Below are positions 48,792 to 56,248 of a DNA stretch of 64,000 nucleotides, piece after piece. Made by a program: the position numbers and the translations under genes. Below the pieces are notes generated by a model. It was not told the origin of the DNA and searched no databases. It was given only the letters and a program-made list of their open reading frames with translations. The first letter of the stretch is position 1; each line of letters opens with the position of its first letter. Source of the DNA: Spirochaetota bacterium (lineage in GTDB: Bacteria > Spirochaetota > UBA4802 > JAFGDQ01); NCBI GenBank assembly GCA_043803405.1, contig JAZDKB010000048.1, positions 26,635 through 90,634 of the forward strand, given 5' to 3'.

Positions 48792-49712
48792 ATGATAAAA
48801 ATCGGAAAGACTAAAATAACCGGAAGCATAGCCCTTGCTCCAATGGCAGGCTATACTGATTCACCGTACAGGCAGATCGCGAGAAGATACGGCGCAGCAT
48901 TTGTTGTTACTGAACTGATAAGCGCAGACGGAATAATAAGAGGGAACAGAAAGACCTCAGAACTATTGCGATTTACTGATGCTGAAAGGCCCATCGGAAT
49001 CCAGCTTTTCGGGAACGATCCCGTTGTTATGGCTGAAGCTGCAAAAATAGCAGGGGATATGCAGCCGGATTTCATAGATATTAACATGGGATGCTCGGTT
49101 CGCAGGGTGCTTAGGGGCGGCTCGGGCGCCGGGCTTCTGGGAGACCCCGTGCTTCTCGGCAAAATCGCTTCAGGCGTTGTGAAAAGCGTTAACCTTCCTG
49201 TATCTGCTAAGATCAGGCTCGGCACCGACGCGGCCAATAAAAATTATATCGAAATCGTAAATATTCTTCAGGACTCCGGAATAGCGTTCGTTTCAGTTCA
49301 CGGCAGAACAAGGGCGCAGGCTTTTAAAGGCGAGGCGGACTGGGATGCGATCGCAGAAATAAAAGCGCACAGCAGAATACCGGTGATCGGGAACGGAGAC
49401 ATAAAGACGCACGAAGAAGCAATAGCGAAGCTAAAATCGTCCGACTGCGATGCTATTATGATAGGGAGGGCGGCGGTCGGCAATCCGTGGATATTCAGCG
49501 GAAAAATGCCGGACAGCAATCAGATAGCAAAGCAGATAAGAGAACATCTAGAGCTTATGCTTGTTTTCTATGGGGAAAAGGGAATAGTTTTATTCAGAAA
49601 ACATGTTGTGAAATATATACGCTGTATGAGAGACAGCGCTAAATTAAGGGCTCTTTTAGTAAACGCAAAAACAAAAAAAGAAATAGAAGATTGTATTGAA
49701 CAAATAAAATAA
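48792..49712 (+). CDS. dusB: tRNA-dihydrouridine synthase
   Basis: LAPMAGYTD, IDINMGC, KIRLG, VHGRTR, GNGDI and MIGR. Confidence 0.93.
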   Translation: MIKIGKTKITGSIALAPMAGYTDSPYRQIARRYGAAFVVTELISADGIIRGNRKTSELLRFTDAERPIGIQLFGNDPVVMAEAAKIAGDMQPDFIDINMGCSVRRVLRGGSGAGLLGDPVLLGKIASGVVKSVNLPVSAKIRLGTDAANKNYIEIVNILQDSGIAFVSVHGRTRAQAFKGEADWDAIAEIKAHSRIPVIGNGDIKTHEEAIAKLKSSDCDAIMIGRAAVGNPWIFSGKMPDSNQIAKQIREHLELMLVFYGEKGIVLFRKHVVKYIRCMRDSAKLRALLVNAKTKKEIEDCIEQIK

Positions 49713-49751
49713 GATTTCTTTGACAGACTTTACGCTTTCGAATAAAATCTA

Positions 49752-49913
49752 TTAATCACTATCCGAATCGTCGTCAGAATCAATATCATCATCATCGTTT
49801 TCTTCTATCGAAGCTGTGTCCTTTGCTTTATTTTTTTTACAGCCAATAATATTTGTACTTATAATAAAACCGAATATAGTAATAAGTAAAATTATAAATA
49901 ATTTTTTTTTCAT
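49752..49913 (-). CDS. Small acidic lipoprotein (53 aa), not in the ORF track
   Basis: Hand translation MKKKLFIILLITIFGFIISTNIIGCKKNKAKDTASIEENDDDDIDSDDDSDSD; GGAG upstream. Confidence 0.75.
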   Translation of the reverse strand: MKKKLFIILLITIFGFIISTNIIGCKKNKAKDTASIEENDDDDIDSDDDSDSD

Positions 49914-50070
49914 CACAAATTTCTCCATCTTGTTAATTAAACTTGATTATTTATAAGTTGAAAACGAATTCAATGCAATTTTTTGCCTGCAAAATATACA
50001 AAATAATATATTTATTGATTAATTGTTGTTAAAGTCTCCAATTATTTAATAAATAAATCAAGCAAAAATT

Positions 50071-51102
50071 TTAAATAAATTTTGCAACAGCATTCGATAC
50101 TTTCTCTATTTCTTTTTTTGTAAGAGTAGGATAAATCGGCAAAGAAAATAATTTATTTGAAAGTCTCTCACTATTGGGGTAATCCATCGGTCTGAATTCC
50201 AGGTATTTATGAAGAGGCACACTGATTGGCCGTATTACTTCAATCTTGGTTTTTCTCCAGTATGTTTCAGCTTTGTCCACCGATGAATCGAACAATAAAG
50301 GAAAGGACTGAAACATAAAGTCCTCGCTGAAATGGTAAAGGGTTTTATGCGTGGTAAATTTTATTGCATCAAAATACGTTTTTGCAATTTCTCTTCGCCT
50401 TTTAATAAAATCGCTTAGTTTTGATAATTGATGTATTCCCATTGCAGCCTGAAAATCGGTTAAAGAATAATCGTAACTAATTGTGTGGCTTTTTAAATTA
50501 TTTTCCCTATAGTCTTTCATTGTTGAATAAAAGCGCGAATTGTTGGTTAAAATTATTCCTCCGTTTCCCGTTGTTATCAGGCTGCCCGGAGAAAAGGATG
50601 CAACTCGGATTGAATTAGAAACATTATCATCATGAGTTATGCCGATAGAATGCGAAATATCTTCTATTACAGGAATATTCAGATCGAGCAGATCTTTTAA
50701 GTGGTACGGAAAACCGAAAAGATGACCTATTACAATTGCCTTTGTTTTCGGAGTAATTTTTTCTTTTATTTGAGCTAAAGACGGCGCAAATGAATTTTCT
50801 TCAATATCAACAATTGAAGCATTAGCACCGGTTAAAATTAAGGCGCTTAATGGAGCAAGGTCAAAAAAAGAAGGTATAATTACTTCATCATCTTTTCCAA
50901 TTTCCAAGGCTTTATATATTAAGTGATATGCCGATGTAGACGAATTTACCGCTAACGAGAAACGCAATTTTACAAGTGCGGACATACTGCTTTCAAAGCT
51001 TTTTACTGAATTCCCGCTGATGAGTTCACCGTTAACAAGACAGTCAAGAACACCTTCCATTTCTTTCCGGGTAATTGTCGGTTTATTTGAAACAATGCTC
51101 AT
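50071..51102 (-). CDS. DegT/DnrJ/EryC1/StrS aminotransferase-family protein lacking the catalytic Lys
   Basis: AVNSSTSA, TKAIV, VIEDISHS and LPIYP; SFSPGSLITTGNGG where SFxxxK is expected. Confidence 0.88.
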   Translation of the reverse strand: MSIVSNKPTITRKEMEGVLDCLVNGELISGNSVKSFESSMSALVKLRFSLAVNSSTSAYHLIYKALEIGKDDEVIIPSFFDLAPLSALILTGANASIVDIEENSFAPSLAQIKEKITPKTKAIVIGHLFGFPYHLKDLLDLNIPVIEDISHSIGITHDDNVSNSIRVASFSPGSLITTGNGGIILTNNSRFYSTMKDYRENNLKSHTISYDYSLTDFQAAMGIHQLSKLSDFIKRRREIAKTYFDAIKFTTHKTLYHFSEDFMFQSFPLLFDSSVDKAETYWRKTKIEVIRPISVPLHKYLEFRPMDYPNSERLSNKLFSLPIYPTLTKKEIEKVSNAVAKFI

Positions 51103-51308
51103 TTTAAAATCCTTTTATTATACATTTTATTTTGTTAAATGAAAAGTCCTATAAAACGTTATGTCTCGTAAATATAATATCTTTATCAGGAAAGGTCAAT
51201 AAAAGATCAAGGAATTTAATATAAAATATTATAAGTTGTTTTAACTTAAGGCATTTTAAATTGTTTCCGATATTAGAAGTAGATTAAACTGTTGGAGGAA
51301 AGAATTTA

Positions 51309-52262
51309 ATGAAACAAATAATCAGCAGAATTATGGTTTTATCAGGTATAGTGATGATATGTTTTTTGGTTTCAGCCTGTTCATCAGACAGCGTCTTTGT
51401 AAAAAAAGATAAGTCTAATCAAAAATCCGATTACAGCAATAACGCATCGGTTAAAGAAGATTATTCTTATAATGATGAAACTGATTCCGAATATACAGAT
51501 AAAAAATCAAGGGATAATAACAATATTAAAAATGATCAGGCTCGGGATGTAGCTTCAGGGGGAAGTTATAACGAAAACAATAGAGATAATGTAAGTGCAG
51601 ATGACCGGGCAGAGAATGACAGCTATTATCAAAAAGGTTATGCTTCATGGTATGGAAGGGAGTTTCATGGAAGGAAAACAGCTTCCGGCGAAAAATTTGA
51701 CATGAATAAATTAACAGCTGCACATAAAAAACTTCCATTCGGCACGAAAATATTAGTTAAGAATTTAGAGAATAATAAAATAGTAAGTGTTACCGTAAAT
51801 GACAGGGGGCCGTATAAGGACAACAGAATATTAGATCTCTCATATGCAGCTGCAAAGAAAGTCGGAATAATTGGAAGTGGGCAGGGCATGGTCGGGATTA
51901 AAATTGTAAAGGGAACAGATGAAGCTAAGAATAGCAGCAGCGACATTGAGACAGTAGAAAAAAATGAAGTAAATCCGGTTGCAGGCAGTAACTCTTCCGA
52001 GGAAGGAAACTCTGAGAATAGTTATAAAAATGATGGCGGATTTTATTCAATTCAGGCAGGAGCCTTCTATTCACGTAAAAATGCGGAAAAATTTCAGAAA
52101 CGTGTTGAAGGACTTATAGGTAATCCTGTAGTTTTGATAAAAGAAAATGATCTTTATAAAGTGAAAATTGATAATTTAACAACAAAAAAAGATGCTAACA
52201 AAGTTAAGAAGATGCTTGAAAGTGAGGAAATTTCTTCTTATGTAATTGAAAACAGGAAATAG
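51309..52262 (+). CDS. rlpA: Septal ring lytic transglycosylase RlpA with SPOR domain
   Basis: Lipobox VSAC, ASWYG, TAAHKKLPFG, VNDRGP, LDLS; C-terminal IQAGAF (SPOR). Confidence 0.93.
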   Translation: MKQIISRIMVLSGIVMICFLVSACSSDSVFVKKDKSNQKSDYSNNASVKEDYSYNDETDSEYTDKKSRDNNNIKNDQARDVASGGSYNENNRDNVSADDRAENDSYYQKGYASWYGREFHGRKTASGEKFDMNKLTAAHKKLPFGTKILVKNLENNKIVSVTVNDRGPYKDNRILDLSYAAAKKVGIIGSGQGMVGIKIVKGTDEAKNSSSDIETVEKNEVNPVAGSNSSEEGNSENSYKNDGGFYSIQAGAFYSRKNAEKFQKRVEGLIGNPVVLIKENDLYKVKIDNLTTKKDANKVKKMLESEEISSYVIENRK

Positions 52263-52422
52263 TGTAAACCTGGGTTTGTAAATATCTGTATTTCAGTAAT
52301 TTATACAATCTATCATATCCGGCTTTTTAATATCATCGAAAATAATATTGATCCTGAAGATTTTTAGTTGACAGTATTATACCTGATAAAATATAAAGAT
52401 TCGGGATCAATATACCAGCATT

Positions 52423-52495
52423 GCCCACGTAGCTCAGTCGGTAGAGCATTTGCATGGTAAGCAAAAGGTCACCAGTTCGATTCTGGTCGTGGGCT
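52423..52495 (+). tRNA. tRNA-Thr (GGT), CCA not encoded
   Basis: GCCCACG/CGTGGGC acceptor stem, TTTGC-ATGGTAA-GCAAA anticodon arm, TTCGA T-loop. Confidence 0.97.
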
Positions 52496-52633
52496 TAAAG
52501 AGATTTACCAGCAAATACATTGCAACGATTAATCCTCAACAACTTAATTTTTAACTAAAGGTTAAAAATTAGTTAATTTTTAATTAATTGCTTGACTGAA
52601 AAAGAGCAGATACTAATTTGCACATATTTTATG

Positions 52634-52662
52634 TTGACATTTTTTCAATAATTATATATATT
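52634..52662 (+). promoter_or_regulatory. Sigma70-type promoter of the rpmG-secE-nusG operon
   Basis: TTGACA-N17-TATATT, ending 13 nt before the rpmG ATG. Confidence 0.65.
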
Positions 52663-52675
52663 GTGGGATTTTATT

Positions 52676-52828
52676 ATGCGGGATATAATACTTCTGGCTT
52701 GCGGCGATTGCAAAAGAAAAAATTATTCTACAACAAAGAATAAGAAAACACAAAGCGGTAAATTTAGCGTTAATAAGTATTGCAAATTTTGCCACAAGTA
52801 TACAGAGCACAAAGAAACAAAAGCCTGA
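52676..52828 (+). CDS. rpmG: 50S ribosomal protein L33 (Zn-binding form), not in the ORF track
   Basis: Hand translation MRDIILLACGDCKRKNYSTTKNKKTQSGKFSVNKYCKFCHKYTEHKETKA. Confidence 0.96.
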   Translation: MRDIILLACGDCKRKNYSTTKNKKTQSGKFSVNKYCKFCHKYTEHKETKA

Positions 52829-52869
52829 TTTTTTACTGATCTTGTATTTTAATTAAGGATAATATAAAA

Positions 52870-53064
52870 ATGGGTAATCCTGTCAATCGGCTGGTTACTT
52901 TTGTCCGTGAGTCAAGAGATGAATTAAAAAAAGTAACTTGGCCGGAAAGAGACGAAGTGACCAGCTTTACGGTTGTTGTAATTGTTACTGTTATAATAGT
53001 ATCTCTCTTTCTATGGATTATTGATACATTTTTAATGACAATTATTAAAGCTGTGATGTATTAA
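52870..53064 (+). CDS. secE: Preprotein translocase subunit SecE
   Basis: ELKKVTWP followed by one TM helix; upstream of nusG. Confidence 0.96.
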   Translation: MGNPVNRLVTFVRESRDELKKVTWPERDEVTSFTVVVIVTVIIVSLFLWIIDTFLMTIIKAVMY

Positions 53065-53066
53065 CA

Positions 53067-53609
53067 ATGGCAAAAGAATGGTACGTAGTACATACATATT
53101 CCGGGCACGAGAATAAAGTTAAGCTTGCGCTTGAGAAAAGAATTGAAAATGCCGGACTTGAAAATAAAATTTTCCAGGTTAAAATTCCGACTGTAGAAGT
53201 TCCGGAAATTAAAGACGGCAAAAAAAAGATTAAAACAAAAAAATTCTTTCCCGGATATATCGTTATCGAAATGGAACTCGATGATGATACATGGACAATT
53301 GTAAAAAGCATTCCGGGTGTGACTAATTTTGTCGGAGCTTATGGAGCCAAAAGGCCTAAACCTTTAACGAAGAGCGAAGTTAATGCGCTGTTTGATCAGG
53401 TTAGCCATGAAAAGACAAAAGAGAGAGTTAATGCGGAAATTGATTTTTCAGTGGGAGAACATGTAAAGGTTACCGATGGGCCTTTCAATAATTTTAACGG
53501 TATAATAGAAGAAGTTTATCCGGAAAAGGGTAGAGTCAGGGTTAAAGTTGAGATATTCGGACGTGGCACTCCGGTGGAACTGGATTATCTTCAGGTTGGA
53601 AAAATTTAA
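53067..53609 (+). CDS. nusG: Transcription factor NusG
   Basis: WYVVHTYSGHE, FFPGY, GPFNNF and IFGRGTPVEL. Confidence 0.98.
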   Translation: MAKEWYVVHTYSGHENKVKLALEKRIENAGLENKIFQVKIPTVEVPEIKDGKKKIKTKKFFPGYIVIEMELDDDTWTIVKSIPGVTNFVGAYGAKRPKPLTKSEVNALFDQVSHEKTKERVNAEIDFSVGEHVKVTDGPFNNFNGIIEEVYPEKGRVRVKVEIFGRGTPVELDYLQVGKI

Positions 53610-53717
53610 AATTAAAAGTTCTGATATTTTAAAAATAATTTAAATAAGTTTGTCTATAGCAGAATTGCTTAATTTTGAAATAACTAAATTCACAGAATTT
53701 AAAAAGGTGTTTTATAA

Positions 53718-54149
53718 ATGGCTAAAAAAAAGAATGTTGTAACTCAGATTAAACTTCAGATTCCAGGGGGAGAAGCAAATCCTGCTCCGCCGGTTGGCCC
53801 GGCCCTGGGCCAGCATGGTTTAAATATAATGGAATTTTGCAGAGCATTTAATGAAAAAACAAAGGAAACCCAGGGACTAATATTGCCGGTAGTAATATCG
53901 GTATATGATGACAGGTCTTACACTTTTATAATAAAAACTCCTCCTGCATCGGTTTTAATAAAAAGGGCTATAAAACTTGAAAAAGGCTCCAGTGAGCCAA
54001 ACAGAACAAAAGCCGGCCAGATTACAAAGGCTCAGCTTGAGGAAATTGCCAAAACTAAAATGCCGGACTTAAACGCAAATGATGTAAATGCTGCCATGAA
54101 AATAATTGCGGGCACTGCAAGATCAATGGGAGTTACTGTTGTAGATTAA
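53718..54149 (+). CDS. rplK: 50S ribosomal protein L11
   Basis: [15 protein letters not shown] and GTARSMG. Confidence 0.98.
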   Translation: MAKKKNVVTQIKLQIPGGEANPAPPVGPALGQHGLNIMEFCRAFNEKTKETQGLILPVVISVYDDRSYTFIIKTPPASVLIKRAIKLEKGSSEPNRTKAGQITKAQLEEIAKTKMPDLNANDVNAAMKIIAGTARSMGVTVVD

Positions 54150-54167
54150 TTATAAAGGGGTCTTTGA

Positions 54168-54851
54168 ATGAAACGCGGAAAAAAAATTACCAATGCCAGA
54201 GAAAAGGTCAATAAAACTATTTTATATAATTTAGGCGACGGTGTAAATTTATTAAAAGAATTAAAATATGTTAAATTCGATGAAACCGTTGAAGTTGCAG
54301 TTAAAGTTGTTCATAAAAGCTATCAGAATATAAGAGGGGCCGTAAGTCTTCCTTTCGGCACAGGCAAGGATGTAAAGGTTCTTGTTATTTGCAAAGGCGA
54401 TAAACAAAAAGAAGCTAAAGACGCTGGCGCTGATTTTGTAGGTGCGGAAGACGTGATAGAAAAGATCAAGGAAGGATGGCTGGAATTTGAAGCCGTAGTA
54501 GCGACTCCATCCATGATGAAGGAAGTCGGGAAACTTGGACCAATGCTCGGTAAAAAAGGTTTAATGCCAAAGCCAAAAGCCGGAACTGTTACGGATGATA
54601 TTAAAGGCATTGTTAAAGCGTTAAAGGGTGGCAGGATTGAATACAAGGCTGATAAGTCCGGTGTTATCCACGTCGGTGTAGGAAAGACTTCGTTCGAAAA
54701 TGAAAAGCTTGTGGAAAATATTAAATCGTTTTATAATCAGGTAATGAAAGATAAACCTTCGGATGCCAAGGGAAATTATATTAAATCTGTAAATATTTCT
54801 TCGACGATGGGAGCCGGTGTTAAAATAAATCATAAAGGAATAGAAAAATAA
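54168..54851 (+). CDS. rplA: 50S ribosomal protein L1
   Basis: KFDETVE, GLMPKPKAGTVT and SSTMGAG. Confidence 0.98.
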   Translation: MKRGKKITNAREKVNKTILYNLGDGVNLLKELKYVKFDETVEVAVKVVHKSYQNIRGAVSLPFGTGKDVKVLVICKGDKQKEAKDAGADFVGAEDVIEKIKEGWLEFEAVVATPSMMKEVGKLGPMLGKKGLMPKPKAGTVTDDIKGIVKALKGGRIEYKADKSGVIHVGVGKTSFENEKLVENIKSFYNQVMKDKPSDAKGNYIKSVNISSTMGAGVKINHKGIEK

Positions 54852-55369
54852 TGGTAAAACAATATAAAATAGACCGAGTTCAGGAATTAACTTCAAAATT
54901 GCAAGAGAAGAAGAATATTATTTTAACAAACTATTCCGGCACAAAGGTAAGCAGCCTGACAGCGTTAAGAAATAAACTTCGCGCAAAGGGTATCGATTAC
55001 AAAGTTGTTAAGAATAATTTATTCAGAAAGGCTTTAAAGGATACCGGGTACCCGGAAGTTGATGATTTTTTAAAAGGCCCGATTGGTGTAGTTTTTGTAA
55101 AGGATGATTTAAGTGAGGCAGCAAAAATTCTTAAAGATTTTAAAAAAGAGCAGGAAAAATTCAGTTTTACATTAGGAATAATGGATAATGTTGTATATAA
55201 TGGAGAACAAGTTAAAAAAATTGCCGATATCCCATCCAAAGAGGTTCTTATTGCTCAAATTATGTCTTTAATTAATTCAGGCGCTGCGAATCTCGCTATG
55301 GTTGTTAATCAGACAATAGCATCCGTACCCAGAGGTGTTAAAGCAGTAGCCGAGAAAAATGCTGTGTAA
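54851..55369 (+). CDS. rplJ: 50S ribosomal protein L10
   Basis: YKVVKNNL, LKGP and IPSKEVL; start overlaps the rplA stop (TAATG). Confidence 0.96.
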   Translation: MVKQYKIDRVQELTSKLQEKKNIILTNYSGTKVSSLTALRNKLRAKGIDYKVVKNNLFRKALKDTGYPEVDDFLKGPIGVVFVKDDLSEAAKILKDFKKEQEKFSFTLGIMDNVVYNGEQVKKIADIPSKEVLIAQIMSLINSGAANLAMVVNQTIASVPRGVKAVAEKNAV

Positions 55370-55432
55370 TTTTATTATTTTTTATTACTATTGCCGAACA
55401 TTACTGCAATTTAAATATGCCGCAGAGAAAAT

Positions 55433-55704
55433 CGGATAATATTATCCGTAATTATTTTCAATTTGAGTCTAATTGAAAGATGTAGAAAATACTATTCCTG
55501 AAAAATTTATTAAAGAATAATGTTTGGATTTTTTATTATTATGCATGTTTAGAATAAAGACTAATACATGCATTGATTTATTTTAAAGAGGATTAAATTT
55601 GAATATAGTGCTTTAATACTGACAATATTACTCTGTAATATATGTCAGTATTTATAGGATAATGAGTTTTCAGTAGAAAATTCCACTATGTAAAAAATCA
55701 CTAT
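55433..55704 (+). ncRNA. Candidate structured RNA in the rplJ-rplL spacer
   Basis: At least five stems visible in a 352-nt spacer (see findings). Confidence 0.45.
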
Positions 55705-55721
55705 TATATAAGGAGATTAGG

Positions 55722-56102
55722 ATGGCAAAACTTAGTATTGATGAACTGTTGGAAGCAATAGGAAGCTTGACATTGATTGAAGCTTCCGAATTGGTAAAGG
55801 CAATGGAAACAAAATTCGGTGTATCCGCAGCTGCACCTGTTGCAGTCGCAGTCGCAGGCGGTGGAGCTGCTGAAGCAAAAGAAGAAGAAAAGACCGAATT
55901 TGACGTTGTTCTTACCGGTTTCGGCGACAAAAAGATTAATGTTATTAAAGAAGTCAGAGCTATTACAGGCCTTGGCTTAAAAGAAGCAAAGGACCTTGTT
56001 GAGGCAGGCGGAAAGGCAGTAAAAGAAAAAGCCTCTAAAGAAGAAGCGGCTAAAATTAAGGCACAACTTGAAGCTGCCGGCGCTACTGTTGAATTAAAAT
56101 AA
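55722..56102 (+). CDS. rplL: 50S ribosomal protein L7/L12
   Basis: [18 protein letters not shown] and [12 protein letters not shown]. Confidence 0.98.
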   Translation: MAKLSIDELLEAIGSLTLIEASELVKAMETKFGVSAAAPVAVAVAGGGAAEAKEEEKTEFDVVLTGFGDKKINVIKEVRAITGLGLKEAKDLVEAGGKAVKEKASKEEAAKIKAQLEAAGATVELK

Positions 56103-56126
56103 ATCAATTATATAAGGAAATGTCTA

Positions 56127-56167
56127 AAAAGTTAATTTTGTATTTAATAAATACAAAATTAACTTTT
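56127..56167 (+). terminator. 20-bp perfect inverted repeat between rplL and rpoB (attenuator or processing site)
   Basis: AAAAGTTAATTTTGTATTTA-A-TAAATACAAAATTAACTTTT. Confidence 0.65.
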
Positions 56168-56248
56168 AATGATATCTTTTTAGACGGCTCTGTTATTTAT
56201 TTTATTGGTAATGCAATAAAAATTAATTGAAAATAAAAGAAGGGATTT

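Noticed and set aside
52413..52513. 8-bp direct repeat TACCAGCA flanking tRNA-Thr as an integration scar
   Set aside because: Too short to exclude chance; no duplicated tRNA 3' end and no integrase nearby
55417..55476. 19-codon ORF (MPQRKSDNIIRNYFQFESN) in the rplJ-rplL spacer as a leader peptide
   Set aside because: No Shine-Dalgarno and no telling codon run; this length is expected by chance
55670..56107. 145-aa antisense ORF over rplL, and similar antisense ORFs over rpoBC, fusA and the por genes
   Set aside because: Typical reverse-frame shadows of conserved genes with no independent features
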